64,000 nucleotides of DNA from Ascidiella aspersa (Eukaryota), in NCBI GenBank assembly GCA_963924565.1, contig OZ004612.1, positions 12,152,001 to 12,216,000 of the forward strand, read 5' to 3'. This document shows, one piece after another, positions 1-14,252 of this stretch (its first letter is position 1; every line of letters starts with the position of its first letter). The position numbers were made by a program, and so were the translations under genes. A model generated the notes under the pieces. The model did no database searches, had not been told where the DNA came from, and worked only from the letters and a program-made list of their open reading frames with translations.

Positions 1-2553
1 GTGGTAGGATTGGCGCAGACATAATTCCATTGAGATAACATTCAACACAGATTTTATCATTTTATAGGATCAATGTACAGCACAGCAGTAATGTATGTCA
101 TAAATATAACAACACTGGAAACAGTCATAAAATACATTTGTTCGAAAGAATAGTAATATAAAAATGTGTTACTATTCATACTTATTAATATATAATTGTC
201 AATGTTTACTATTACCTTTAAAGAACAATACTAAATTAAACAAAATACTTTAATAATTAAAATTATATTAAAAGCACAATATGGATAAAGCATATTTATG
301 TAGGATCTAAACAGAAATGACACTAAAAATAAATCGATGATTTTCGCAACCTGAGCTGAGTGAAAACTTTTTTAAATCATCCAAACCGAAAAATATAGTG
401 GTAATCTGAGTTTAACAAACTGGTAAACCTATCTTGTAAACATATACTACAACTGTTTACGATAAGAAATCTCAAAGCTTAAATTATTTATGCTCGTTCT
501 CACAACAATTTTACTGAACAAAGTCCTTCACTCCCTTTTTTCGCGACAGGCAAATTGTCCAGCTTTTTCTCCAAAGCGAGAATTTCACAACGGTTGATCC
601 AAAACCACCGGGGCGAATGCTTGACCGAAAATGGTCACTTGGTCAGCAAAATTTAATACATGGGCATTTGCAATGACATGTAATTTCTTTATTATGATTT
701 CTAACTTAAGATCAATGTTACATATGTTTTGTTGTGTCAGTTCGTCGTTTGAAACTGTTTCGTTAGTTTCACATACTACTCTTTACCAATTTTGTTATTT
801 TTGTTGACTCATTTTGCCTGGACGAAATTTCGCATTCCTTATGTCCGCTTGGCAGATTTTTGGTGCACGTACTAAAAAGTTTGCCAAATATCAACCGGTG
901 GCTAGGCTTATACAGTAGAAATCGCTTATATTTGCACGTATAAAGATCGCGGAAAAAGTGTCGCCTTTAACGAAGTGTCACTATAGGCTTAGTCAAGGTG
1001 AAATGGCTGTGCAAATAACCACAGGAGAACATAATGAGCTAATCGGGACCACCGTAAAATTACGGTATATGAAAATTTGTTATTTACGAGGTATTAACTG
1101 TTTTTTGGAGAAATTAGTCCGTTGTTTCTGGTTATGTCCGCCAAGCGAGCCTAATTTTGGTTGATTACTTCGGTAGCCCACCTACGTTGCAAAAAATAAT
1201 ATTTTTTTAACAAAACATTGCTTTTTATTTTTGAGCTATGCTATTAATAATGAACTGCTTGTATATTAATACGCCACGAAACCAATTTTATAATTCTTTA
1301 CATTTTTGACACAGATTTTTAGGTTCAACGCATCTCATGTTGTATCCGAACTGGAACTTCATCAACCGGTTTTGAAAATAAAATTAGTTGAACCGGAACT
1401 TTTAAACTGATCCGAACTGAAACTAAACCGGATTCCGAAAAAATCCTTGAACCCGAACCGAACCTGAAAAGTCAAACGAATTGACATTTAAAACCGGATT
1501 TGCTTATTCAGCCTCTAAAGATGCTAACGAACTCAATGCTTCATACATTTTTTTTGTTTGTTTTACAATGCATAGAAGATTTTCGTAAAAAACTATAATG
1601 TAGGTCAGTGATCTTCAACCTTTTTTGGTTTGGTGAACCGTTAAAGTTGTAACGAACTTATGCACCCTGTTTATACTTAAAAGGTAAACTGTGGTAAAAA
1701 GCGATATGAAATAGTATTATCCAGTTGTACACACTGTCGGTAAGAGTTCGATTATGGCTACAGGCTGCTTGCGAGTACTATTGCATGTCACAAAACAGAA
1801 AACAAACTTGAGAAGCAAAATATTAATGATTTAATATACGTTTGTGATGCACCCTTGTATAATACATTTTCGTACTGGTGCACCGTGCACACCGGTTGAA
1901 GAGCACTGATGTAGGTTACATGAGTTTTCTTAAAGTACCGTACACTTTTAATGACGTAAATTCGTCGTATAAAGAGAATCAACAAAGGCCTGGATGCACC
2001 CTTATTCCTTGCAAGTGTTTAATAAATAATGGCTGATATCGCCACTTATCATATATCTGAGTGAAAACACTCCCTAGGCCTAAAATAAACGGCAACTGAC
2101 GAAAACAGCGGTTAGTTTTAATTACCCTTCAAAACGATGTATTTCATTTCCGTGCTGAAGAAGAAAGAAGCGGGGGAAAAAGCAGCTGGCGACGGTTAAA
2201 AGCGATAAGATGATGGTTTGGGAGTGCTTGGAAAGGGTGCGGGCGTACAGATCGCACGATACGACTGTTACAACGTAAAACGAGGTCGAAAAACGAACGC
2301 AACACACACCACACGTGGTGACGGTAAAAACGTGTCGAAAATGTACAGTTGTACACATATACTTACAAACCGAATGTAGAATCGACGTGCGATGCTAGAG
2401 CTCGCGATTTCGGGGAATATAAACAGGCGAGAGGGAGAAGAAATAGAGCAGCGTCGTAGCCCATCCAGTGTTGTGTGTGTCTCATATGAATGGACGACGC
2501 GATACAAAAAACAGGACAACCGAAACTTTTACAATGACCAAAGAGGGATAGTT

Positions 2554-5500
2554 CTATCCATCTGCTGTGGCGATATCATCATTTGCTGGGACGGCGATGG
2601 CAGGTTCCAGCTTGTGTGTAGCGACTTGGGCAGCATAAATCTTTTCCATAACATCGTCAACGATCTGTAGCGCACAGCTCGGTTAAGATTTAAAAACTAC
2701 CTAAAGGCTTGAAGACTTGAGTCATCAGCTAGGCTACGGTAAACTAAAGGTAAGGTTTGACGTTATTTTGTCCTTAGGAGTAATGGTTTCACCTTTACCG
2801 GAAGATTAATAAATGACTTGATAATGGTATTAGTTGGACGTTTCGGTAGAAAATTGTGTGTTTTATAATCGCGCTGAAAGTAGATTGTGAATTTTAAAAT
2901 GGTCACATTGGTTTTAGTTTCATGTGTGGTAAATTTTAGTTTAACCCAAAAGCCTTCGCCAGCTTCGATGGAAGTCAGCGACGCGGAAATTTAAATGTGT
3001 TAAAAAGGTTAAGCTTTGAAAACTGAAATCCCAACAAAGAGTGGAATTTGTATCAGCGTGTTACGAATTCCACACGTTGTTGGTTAAATTTATTAGTGCT
3101 ATTTTTATATATGGGGCTTAATTGTACCTAATCTAAAATTACATTTTCCCGTGTCAGACCTAATTTAAAACCTCTTTTTATATCAGTTAGGCCTATATCT
3201 AAGATTTGTTATTTTTTCGAATCAGGCTCAACCCAGAAAGTATTTTTTTGGTTTCATGCCTCCTTTAAAACCTGTTCTTTTTATCAATCAAGTGTAACCC
3301 ATGGAGTACAATGGTTGAAGGCTGTAGTAAAGCGTAGTAAAAATATCAATTAATATACAGAAGTAGGTATCATTTTGAACGTTTCGAATAACTCATTATT
3401 CATTTTTAACATAATCTATGACATCTACTTCTATATGGGCTTTGATATTTTTACTAAGTGGAACCCAAATTCGGTTGTTGTTTTTTGTTTTGTTTTAGGA
3501 CAAAAGTCTTTGGTATCAGACTGAAGCTCTACTCGGCCTTTAAATTTCAAAAAAATCGCCGTCGCCAATTACCGTTTTCAGCCAAGCATCGTCGTCCAGC
3601 AATCGATCCAGTTTCGAACCCGCGTCTTCAACGTTTTCGGCCTTCGGTTTTCCATCATCATTATTAGTGCTTTCCCCGCCACTCTGTTCGATCACCCGGC
3701 CGACCAGGTCGCTGAGGAGCAGCTTGACGGCGCCGGCGGCGTCTGACGCGTCAACAGAACCGGAGCTGGTGGGCTCGTCGGTTTGGTCGGTAGGCCCGCC
3801 TTCCGATTTCACGGGTTCGCTTCCCTTCTGAAAGAATACGCTGTTTAGTTTGCAGGCTCTAATTATGTAATTTTAAACACATGAGAAAGGTCGACGAAAC
3901 GCAACAAAACAAAAAATCAGTGTTGCGACACATTTTACAAAACAAATTGAAAAACATCCAAAGAAAATTTATAGGTTTCAAAACGTCTATGGTTGAATTA
4001 CTCGACATGTTTGAATACATATCGAAAACCATACAGCATGAAAGCCATGTTTACTATACGGCAACAGTAAACAAATTTAAAAATACGACAACATTAAAAT
4101 AAAACAAACCTACATCGTTACGTGGGATACGAATTTAAGAGCATTTGGGTTTTAACAATAAGTCAAATTGCTAAAGGCAATATGGCCATTTTTAATGGAC
4201 TAAATGTGCACTGTGCACGTAAGACTATGAAAAACGAAAGGCCTAGCTTTTCCTTTAAAAATACAATAGGGCTTGTCAATTTCCTGTAAAAACACGAACA
4301 AATTGTGATAAATGAACTAACGGTTTGTTCCAGACGAGACTTGCACTGATCCAGAAGTTTGCGCTCGAAATGGTGCAGAGCGTGCCAGGGTAGAGAACGC
4401 TCCAACACTGCGTTACAAGCGAAATACTTGCCGCTCTCGACTTCTTCAAATTCCTTTAGGGTTTCCCGGTCGTAAGCTGCAAAGTAGAAATTCAAACGCA
4501 GTTAACATATAGGGTACTAAAAAGAAAAATACGAGGTACTAAAAAAACAACATGGACATTCATTTTTTGATTAGCGAGACTTAAACGCAAAAATTGGGAA
4601 CAGTTTATAAATAAAGAATAAAATAGTGTAAAATAAGTTGGATTACCTATTTGCTTATGTAATTAATATCGCTTTATCATCGAAATTAATATTCTTTTTC
4701 ATTTTTATTTGTAGTAAGTATTTTAAAAGGGTTTTATGATTTACAGCTTTATTTTACCCTTTTTTGACAAAAACACGACAGGACAGGAAACACTGCCCAT
4801 TTACTATTACAATCTCAGGTGAGAAGCGAGCAGCACCCGTTTTGACCACATCTTGTTGACTTTTGTCAGAATCTGTCGCTGAAAAGCCAGCGCGTTCATT
4901 TTAATATATAAGTACACTTGACTTTATCGTAGGGGTTTATTATGTGGTCTACTCATTTTTAAATCTTCAATAACATGAAGCGCATTATACATCCCGCGAA
5001 ATTGTAAGCAAATTTACATTTCCGCGGAGGAAATTGAACAAAGCAATAAAAAATATGTGGCCTTCCTATGGCAGTTTTAGAAACGTTCAGCATTCTTTCT
5101 AACCATTAAAGATAAATTCCAAAAAAATAACCTTTAAACTTATAATGCCTGCTAACCTTTAAACCTACATAAGAGAAAAAAGTAAACTGAGAGACTTGAA
5201 ATATCACGGGATGTGCTCGTACCTTTCGAAATTACAGAACGAAATTTTCTCAAATTTAGAAGGGGGTCTCCATATTTAACAGGATGTTTGTCCGCAGAAC
5301 ATGGTCGCATTTCAATCCTCTTGGTTACAAACCGCAATATTAATCGCTATAGTTTGAGCGATTTAATTTATCGATTTAAGATGCGCTCACCTTTGCCATC
5401 AAGCACTACAACACTGTTCGCTTCAATGTCGGCGCCGTTTGCCAGGGCTTGACAGGTCGACTTTTCTTCGGACTTTTCGACGACAATAGAAGGCCTCGTT

Positions 5501-8500
5501 GAGAGTAAGTCCTATGAAAATTAATAGGTTACAAAGCGTACGCCGTTTGTCGACAGATTTCAATCGTTTAAGGCTTGGTGATTTGCGCGAAGCCATTTCA
5601 CACTGGAGAAACAAAACAACGTTTTGTAAAAATGGTTTGGACGCTTCTTGGATTATAGTTTTTGATGGAACCCCACAACATGAGCGAATGGCGTAAGTAT
5701 GTAACGTTTACGTAACAACACGGTTTGTTTCTATTGCGGAGACGTGTTATTTATAAACATTAAAGTGAACTGTTGATGTTACCATGAAAGCGGTAGAAAG
5801 CTTTGTATCTTCTAAGACCTTGTCCTTTAATGTTAGCACGCTTTGGTCGAACCTTATTACATCTGCAAAGCAAATAGCTTTGTTAAAAAATGGAAAGTAC
5901 AAAAATATTTTCAACTGCAGCCAATAGCTAATAAGTTCCAGTATGGTAAGAAAACAGAAAATTATTAGTGTCAGTCCTAAATCCAATATTGTGGACATTT
6001 TAACATTAAACAAGGTAACAGAGCACATTCTATTTGAAAATATGAACATATACAATACATCTACAGGTGAAGGTACGACACTTAACTTTAAAACAATTCT
6101 ATAACACAATGGTTAACATGTCCTTAGCATTTCATACTTCAATATTCTTTACTTCGATAAAGAATTACTTGTTATTGGGTTGGACGACTAAACTTCGAAG
6201 TTATTTTATGGAAAAATGAAGTTGTATAAGTATCAGATATCTCGAATAGTGTCATGTTTCGTGTTAGAAAGGTGGAAAGAAATGAAGTAAACTTTAAAGT
6301 TGAACAACACGGTGCAAAAGTGACTCCATTTGACAAACCCTAGGGGCTTTTGTTTTACAGTTTTTAAATAAATACCTGCTGTTTTGACCGCGAGGGCTTC
6401 GCTGCTTCCGATTATAAGCTGGCACAACCTCTGCAAAAAATAAAAAAACAAATCCGCATAAATTTTGCTCATATCACTTAAATAGTCTTGCAGTCAGAGT
6501 TAATATAAGCCTACATAGCGAAATATGGTAAACCGTGGAAACATTAAAGTTAAAAGATTGTACGGGTCCAAAAAATACGGGCCAAATTTAAGCAGTAAGA
6601 TCCTTTCCCTAAGAGTTAAAAAAACACTAAACAAGCAAAGGGCACAATACAAAACATTCACACAAGTCTAGTTAACTTAACATTCTCATAAAGTGTAGTT
6701 CATTCCTCTCAACAGCGATGTAAAATTACACTCGAGTCAACTGACCAGAAATTGCGTTGACTCTATTATCAACAAGTGCTGTTAATAGCGACACAAGCGT
6801 CACAGTACCTTAACGTTGTGCTTTACTACAGTGAGGATAAAGTTTCTGTCGACCAAACAGTCGCCTGTGTCTTCATTCTTTGCGGTGGTATCGGCGGTGG
6901 GGAGCTGTTCAACACTAGAACATATAACATCGAAATGATCACAGTAATAGAAACAACATTCACGAAAAACTTTAAAAGTAATACAGGGATTTTATGCCCA
7001 TAACGATTAAAAATAAAGGATTGAACGGGTTACAGTGGAAAACGCAGCACAAAAGTTTTAAAAAGGTAAGTTATTTGAGAAAAACTTACTCTTCCACTGG
7101 TTCTGTTGGGGCAACATCTACAGATTTCCTGGGACGACCCCGTTTGCGACCCGGTACCCCTGTAAGGTAAAGGTAAACAATGTTAAAGATTGCAAAACAT
7201 TTGATCTTTTTAATTTATGTTTTTTCGCTTTGCTGAAATAGCAATAATTGAAGAGTTTGTACCGTATTTTCGAGAAAAATAGACCAAAGTATCGGATTTC
7301 GCCGTTTGTGAACTACTTACTCGGAGAAGCTTTTTTTGCTGGTTTTGCTTTATTGACACTTGGGGGCCTTCCTCTTCTACGTTTTGCCTGGATTTGAAAA
7401 TAATAATTTAGACATGGCACCAGGTTAAAGCTGGACAGGTTACGTTGCTTTAACAATACAAAATAAAATCAGAGACATTTCAAGCCAAATCCAAATTCCA
7501 GAATGTTACAAGAAAAACTAAAAAACTAAAATTGATTTATCTTCAATTATTGGGAGCCACAAACAAAGAAAATAAAAAAACAATTTTTTTCAATTTTTTA
7601 AACCAATATGTGCTCCTATTTTTGTCTAGTAGTAATATTCGAAAAATCAAGTTAAACACACATTCATGCGAAAACCACATCAATACTGCACGTTTAATAT
7701 ATTTTTATTAAATACCTGTGGCTGACTGGAAGGTACATCTGCCTGAATCGACGTCCTGTAAATATATAAATATCCCTTTGTTTTGCTAAAATTACGTGAT
7801 TTTCGGGAATTCTAATTAACATTGTATTACACAAAGTACGTGAACTCAAAATTTAGAACAACTTACGTGTCAAATAGCTTTACGACCTCACAGTCTTTGT
7901 TCTTTAGGAATTCAATGCTTATCGGGATGTAACTGTCAGCATTATCCTCATTATACTGTACAAGGGTAGATGTCGCCACAAAAGACTGAAAAAAATACAT
8001 AGAAAAAAATACTTAATGCAACATGTCGAATTAAATAAAACGATATTACCTATTATCAAGAATAAAATGAATATTTGAAACCAAAGTAAAGATCATTACA
8101 AAAGTTGATTGAAATTTTTAAGCTTAAATATCGTTTAGTTCAGGACGTCAAATTTTGATGTAATACTAGAAAGTCAAACAATAGTTTTTGTGCTAAATTT
8201 TCTACAGTAGTGCCATTATGCCTGATTAAGTTTTCCTATTGTTTACTCGTACATTTGAATCGCCCATTTGCTGAAACTTCTGAAGTTGCAGGTTCTTTAA
8301 CCTCCATATAAAGTTGGTTGCGGAGAAAGGACATTCTTCAGGCAGGTTCTTAATGGTTTCGTGTAAATCGATGTTGACAAGAAACACAACATCGTCGATT
8401 GGATTCACATTTACCTGTTAAATTGAAAAAAAAATATTTTTTTTGATTTTGAATATTTTTCATTCATAAATGAAATTTACTTACGGCTTTAGAAGTTGGT

Positions 8501-11500
8501 TCACTGCACTTTGAAGCTTTGCGTTTATTGGAAACAGGCTGACCTTTGAGCAGGAATATTTCCTCCTCGTCGCTGTCCGAGATTATTCGAGAAGAGTCAA
8601 TCGGAGCCTGGTAAACTAAAGGTGCTTGTGGTATTGAGCGCGTTCTCGGTCTACCGCGGCGACCGGTCGCCTTCGGCGTTTTGCTTGTCGAAGTTCGCCT
8701 GCCACCAGAGGGCACATAGTCATCGTCACTTAAGTCGTAGTCAGCACGGGAAGCGGGCTGGCCTCTGCGCAACGGCACGGCGACATAATCATCATCATCG
8801 TCGTCCTCGTCAAAGTCAGAATCATCCTCCGCAATTCTTCTTCCTTTTCTTTTTCCGGAGCGAGTGCCTCCGCCTCTCTTGGAGGTCGATTGGCTTCGTG
8901 TTGTTCTGCGGCCACGGCCTGATACAGTTTTGCGAGGTTTTCGCTTCCGCCCAATTGTGAAATCCTCATCGGATCCGGAGAGATCTGGAACATATTCCTC
9001 TTCCTCTTCTTCCTCCGGTTCAAAACTGGGATCCTTGATGACATCTTTCAGGTTCTCTTCTTCCTGCTCATTTTCGATCTCCTCCACTTCCATTTCCCCT
9101 TCCTCCTCATCTTCTGCAAGATGAATACAAAGTAGTTTTACTAATGATACACAAACTGTAAGTGTTGGTCAAAAAGCAGCTTTAGAAGGGCTAGATCACA
9201 GTTCTTAACACACATATGTGTGTGCATGTTTCATTGAATAATGATATGGTACTGCAGATCCAGTTCAATGTGAAGTATCTTGTACTAATAGAATGTGGCA
9301 AGCATTGGCGTATGGTTGTTTCTCGACTCGCTCCTATCTGAGCCGGTGTAGCTCAGTTGGTACAGCGCCGGTCCTGGCTTGGCCGGAGGTCGTGAGTTCG
9401 AGCCTCACTGCCAGGATAGTTGTTTTTCTAGCCTGCCCTACTTGTATCATTGATCAACAGATTTGGTGAGTCTGCAATAGCTTGCGGTGTACAAAGTAGA
9501 ATGCACACACGCACAAACACACACACAGGATAAAGTATAAATAACAAGCAAACTGTAAAAAAATTTACTAAATTCACTTACTGGAAACCGAAATATATAT
9601 AATAGGGTAACTTTAAAAACATTTTGTTATCAAAACAGCAATTTAAAAGAAACAATTAAGTATTTTAATGAAAGAGTCTCTGATTTATATGCAGATCAGG
9701 TCCGACTTTTGAGGCTGTAACTTCTTACATATTTATGTATCATAGAACTTTGTTAAATAGAACCTACCCATAACCTTGCCAGTTGGCCTTTTCTTGATTG
9801 GAGAGTTTGAGTATCGACTTGGTTTGGCTTGAGTAACTTCTACTGAACCTTGATGAGAAAAATTGGAAAATAAAATTTGCTGAAACAAATGTATAAAAAA
9901 GTTATTTGATAAACAAAAAACACAATGTGTGTCCAATAGCCATCATGACTTCATAAAGATGATTTGTTTTATTGTTAAGACCTCCGAAAAATTTTAAAAT
10001 ATTTTCAAAGAATGATAAAACCATGAAACAGAAAAACGCCTTTAAAATATGTTTGACCAAACTTGAAAACAAAACTTTATCTGGCGTTGTAGTAATTAGT
10101 TTACTAAAACAATTATTTCGGTGATCATGAACATTAACAAAACTATAATTTGCTATTTTTCTTTGGTAAATAGGTACTTTATATCTTTAATTTAAGCTTT
10201 TATCTGGTAACTCCTACTGTATTTTACTTTGACGAAAATATCTGTAAATTTGTATTTCATATTAAATCAACATTTGAAACATTATGTTTTACATGCACAT
10301 AGTTACTTCAACAAAAAGCAGCAACAAATTCTTTTGTAGTACTTAAGCTTATGTATGTATATTAGCTGTAAATCCTACTATCCTGGTTTAACCTAACATT
10401 ATAATGTTGGACATTGAATGCCTTGCAGGGTCAGTTTTCTCATGAACTTCAGACATTGAATAAAAACATTCAACAATTCAATCCAAGCTTAAATTACACT
10501 TATCTTGCAATATTACCCACCATTCTTGCCAGGGTTATTTATTTGTTGTGTGTTCATTTCTGGAGGTGCTTTGTTTTGTCTAAGAACCGGTTGGCCCTGG
10601 AACAATTCCGCTTCGTTGAAATCCTCGGAGAAGTCTTCCTCCAAATGGACAACTCCCATCGAGTCCTTTGGTTTGGGCATCAGGACTGCGCAGAATAAAA
10701 TGTAAAATACATAAGAGTGGTGACTAGAAAGTATTCAAATATTGAGCATTGTATCCAGTTATTAATAATTATCCAGGCAATGTTTTAAAACACAAAAATA
10801 ATAACAACCTAAGTAGAGGATAATTTAACAGGGAAATTTGAAGTTTAAATTTCTCAATGTGCAACAGATAAATAAACCTTGCAAAACATTTTTGTTTATT
10901 GTCTTTGTGAAAAATAACAAACTCCTATGTCTCATGTTATTGATTGGCCTTCTTCTGAATAAAAACACATAAAAAAAACAGTTAAGGTTAGTACTCACCA
11001 CTGTTATTGTTGGCAGACCATTGTTTATGGACACTTTGGGGATTGACGGCATACTGTTGTGGCTGGGGAGGAGGGGGCTGTGAAAGTTAAAAAGTACATT
11101 TTTTTGTATCCCATGAAAATAACATCTTTGTTTTTAAATAATTGTTACATGGATGAGTTTTCATGGCCATGCATATGTATTTCATAATTGATTTCCTAAT
11201 TTTGTACAAACTAATATTGGGCTTGTGGTATATATGTTTGGGTTTTTTTCTATATATGAAATATTGCTTCAATAAAAGTTACAAACCAATACTTTAATAT
11301 TAAACCAGATTGTCTTGTCAGGGATTTTGATTTGGTCATGATTTGTCTTTAAGTAGACACAAGGATATTTTTGTGTTTACAACACTAAAGCAAATACCTA
11401 CTTGTACCATGGGTGGTCCAGTTGTGATGACAGACTGTGGTGGCATAGGTTGTCCTGCTAAAAAAAAAACATTGGTAAAGGTTAAATTAAGGGTAAAACA

Positions 11501-13506
11501 TATTGTAGTTGTTTTAAAAATCACCAAAGAGCATAACAGTTTTGAATTAAACAGCAATACAATTAAAAGCACAGCAAACCTAAGATATAAATTTAGCAAA
11601 ATGTTCAGATGTTTACAAATTAGGTTGTACCTGGCGCAATAACCCTTGGCTGTTGTGGATGCTGTGGATAATTCCAGGACCCTTGCATTTCACCCTAACG
11701 AAAAAAACATATAACAAATATATAAATAATAAATCATAGTTAATTGGACAAAACAAAGTCTGGAACAGGATTTTTTTAAAGTGATGACCAGCTTCCATGG
11801 GTTCCTTAACAATTTACCCCCCTTGCTGACAAATTTGAATTTTTAATTAACAAATATTTGTGAATTATGTTTTCGGGAGGGCAAAGGGAAGAGTTGAAAG
11901 ACCCTGGTCTCAACCAACGCCTTCCACACTTGAGTCTGACACCCTTAATGCTGTACAACTTTCTACTCTATCAACATTTACTGAGAATAGAAAAAAACAT
12001 TTGCTTGTATTTATCTTGTATAGTGCAGCGTAGTGTGTGAGTTAAAGACTCTTTTTGCATCTAGTCAACATTTGCTTATTAAAAAAGTACAATTGGACCA
12101 CAATTACATTTTGTGTGAAACTGAAACAGGCCAACTCTGGCCCCTAAAGTCTGCATTCCATGGCACTTCACAAAGAGATCTTGGGTGTGTAGCACCAAAT
12201 TTTGAGGTCTACAGTTGTGCAACCTTGATTTTCTGGTTGAAAATCCTACCAGCAATTTAACCTTTATATATTAAAAAATAATGTAAGCAAAATACTTATT
12301 AAGGTGTGCACAAAAACTGCTTAAAAAAATCTCGGGTGCACCTGCAACAGAATGCAGACCAGATGTAGGATGAAAATCTATATTGTATGTCAATTGTGCT
12401 TTGTAAGTAAATATTCATCCCCAACTGGTTAAATTGGCTAATTTTAAAGTTAGACTAGGCCATGGAACACCTAACATTCTTATAGACAGGAGAACTGTAA
12501 GGCCTAAATATCACAGGTCTGATAGCAGTATGGATTCAAGATCGCAGGAAATATAAAACAGTCATAGTTTTGTTAAATACACACAAAATCTTTAACGTTT
12601 TCATATTAATGGGTGCAGGTACACACAAACGTTTACCTTAGTTTATAGGTTTTTATGTCACAGCATATGATTTTATTCCTCCTTTACCTTGAAAATATTC
12701 TGTAGCCTATTTAATAGGCATTCAATCAAATGATGCAGAAAAAAACAAAGCAACCTTGTTGTAGCCCAGTCTGGAATGTATGTCAGATCTTGACAAGATG
12801 TCGCGGGAGCACTGCCGAAAAAATCTGGGTGACGGGGGCAACAAATGTCAAAAAAGTGATCCATTTCAAATTTTCAGGTACACTTTTTAATCGAAGCTGC
12901 ACTCTATATTGCATACATTGCGCCTTTACACTTTTGGGGTGCACTTTTACAATTGAAAAAAACTTGCGGCTGCACCCGCCATACTTTCGACAGGGGGTTG
13001 TAGCATAAGCAAGTAAAAGTTGAAATAAACTAAAATGGTATTTTAATTACCCTTGGGTTTGGGTGTTGCACTTGATGCTGCATTGGTGGATATTGATGAA
13101 CAGGCTGCATTCCACTTGGATTTGTGGGAACTAAAATTGGAACAACTTAATGATTATAGGCTCCAATTTCTTGTTTTAAAATGTATAACATAAATTTAAA
13201 GAAAATAAAAAGTAAACATTTTAATGTTAACTTGCATCTGTGCATATTTATTTGTGCTTTTTGTAATTAGCTAGTGTAACGAAGTATTTGGCAGGATTTC
13301 AAAGCGGTACAAATTTCTAGTAACTAAATAAAATAATTTATGTTTTAAGTTGTCTAACAACGGGGCGTTCGTTGTAAGCAAGAAATACCGATTGCATTTG
13401 AGCACAAAATCAAAAACGACTTACCTGCGTAATTTAAATGCGGTGGCGGTTCCTGTACAAAACTCTCCGTAGAGCTGGCATTGAAGCCGTACATGTTGTG
13501 ATTCAT
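2554..13506 (-). CDS. QSER1/PRR12-like chromatin protein: Gln/Pro-rich N-terminus, acidic tract, AT-hooks, C-terminal DUF4211-type domain; about 20 exons
   Basis: ATG at 13506 (MNHNMYGFNAS..; exon 13506-13425). Checked GT-AG exons: 9113-8485 (acidic, RRGRP), 8414-8253 and 7985-7867 (IWRLKNLQLQKFQQMGDSNSFVATSTLVQY..ISIEFLKN, resembling the recalled PRR12 block IWKVQKALLQKF..FCATSNYLGY), 7387-7321 (RRRGRPP), 7159-7090 (RKRGRPRK), 6914-6809, 6430-6376, 5862-5783 and 5511-5391 (VIRFDQSVLTLKDKVLEDTKLSTAFMDLLSTRPSIVVE), 4476-4322 (AYDRETL..WHALHHFE), 3827-3573, and 2664-2554 (TAG). Phases agree from 7387 to the stop. Small 5' exons at about 9.8-13.1 kb and one at about 7.7 kb are only approximately placed. 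Family call is from recalled sequence similarity. Confidence 0.75.
9341..9470 (+). mobile_element. tRNA-derived SINE head in an intron of the QSER1-like gene
   Basis: A-box TAGCTCAGTTGG, B-box GAGTTCGAGCC and an intact T-arm (GTGAG/CTCAC). The acceptor stem does not pair. It is followed by TGTTTTTCT, and a related copy lies at about 28270. Confidence 0.7.
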
Positions 13507-13699
13507 TTTCACACCTTTTAGGTTAGGGCGAAAACCCAGTTAAGCTAGTTAAAAATAAAGCAAATCGACTTGGCAAATGACTTCACTTTCTTTTAGCCTA
13601 GCATTGTTGCTAGAAAATTCGAAAATAAAAACAGGTTAAGCTTAATCCTTAAAAAAACAATTCACTACATGTGCTTCTGCAGAAAAGTGCACGTTTTAC

Positions 13700-13800
13700 A
13701 TGGCTTCCTCTTTCGCGGAAACGTAGTAATGGCCGCGATGTGTTTGCTAGTGCAAGCGCGCGTTCTGTATGGACAGCTTTTCGCGCTTTGGACAATCGTT
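13700..13800 (-). promoter_or_regulatory. Putative promoter of the QSER1-like gene (E2F- and YY1-like sites)
   Basis: CpG-rich patch about 200-280 bp upstream of the ATG, with TTTCGCGG (about 13711), ATGGCCGC (about 13728) and TTTCGCGC (about 13779). Confidence 0.35.
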
Positions 13801-14252
13801 GGTTTGTTTTTGTCGTGAAAACTCCCCTGTTAAGTCAACAGAATAAAAAATAATGATTGTCACACAAAATAAAGGAAAACCAAACGCGCTTTTTGCAGGT
13901 TTCTTCTGAAAAACTGTTTTTTATGTAATTTTGCAACTAATTCTGCCCCTTTTTTAAATAAATTAGAGGTTTCTAAAATCACCAGATACGTCGATGCTCC
14001 AGGTTTCCACCTTGAGTTTGTTTTTTTCTTTGACAGCTGAAAGTTTAAACTAAATCAACATGTAATAAAAACTATGCTGTAATGCTAACTTTGCAATCAA
14101 CTAAATTTTTATGAAATAAAAAACTGCCTAACGCTGACTTGAAGAAATACAAAAGCAATTAAATTTTGCTTGAAAATGGTGGACGAAGAACGAAAATCCC
14201 AAATGAAAAGAAATACGTATAAACGAAACCAGCGCATTAATTTAGAAGAGCT

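Noticed and set aside
4757-4878. Possible extra exon of the QSER1-like gene
   Set aside because: No phase-compatible donor was found. Direct joining of 5391 to 4476 gives the expected LDGKAYDRETL.
9342-9417. Functional tRNA gene
   Set aside because: The acceptor stem does not pair, the anticodon arm is non-canonical, and a related copy with the same tail exists, so it is a SINE.
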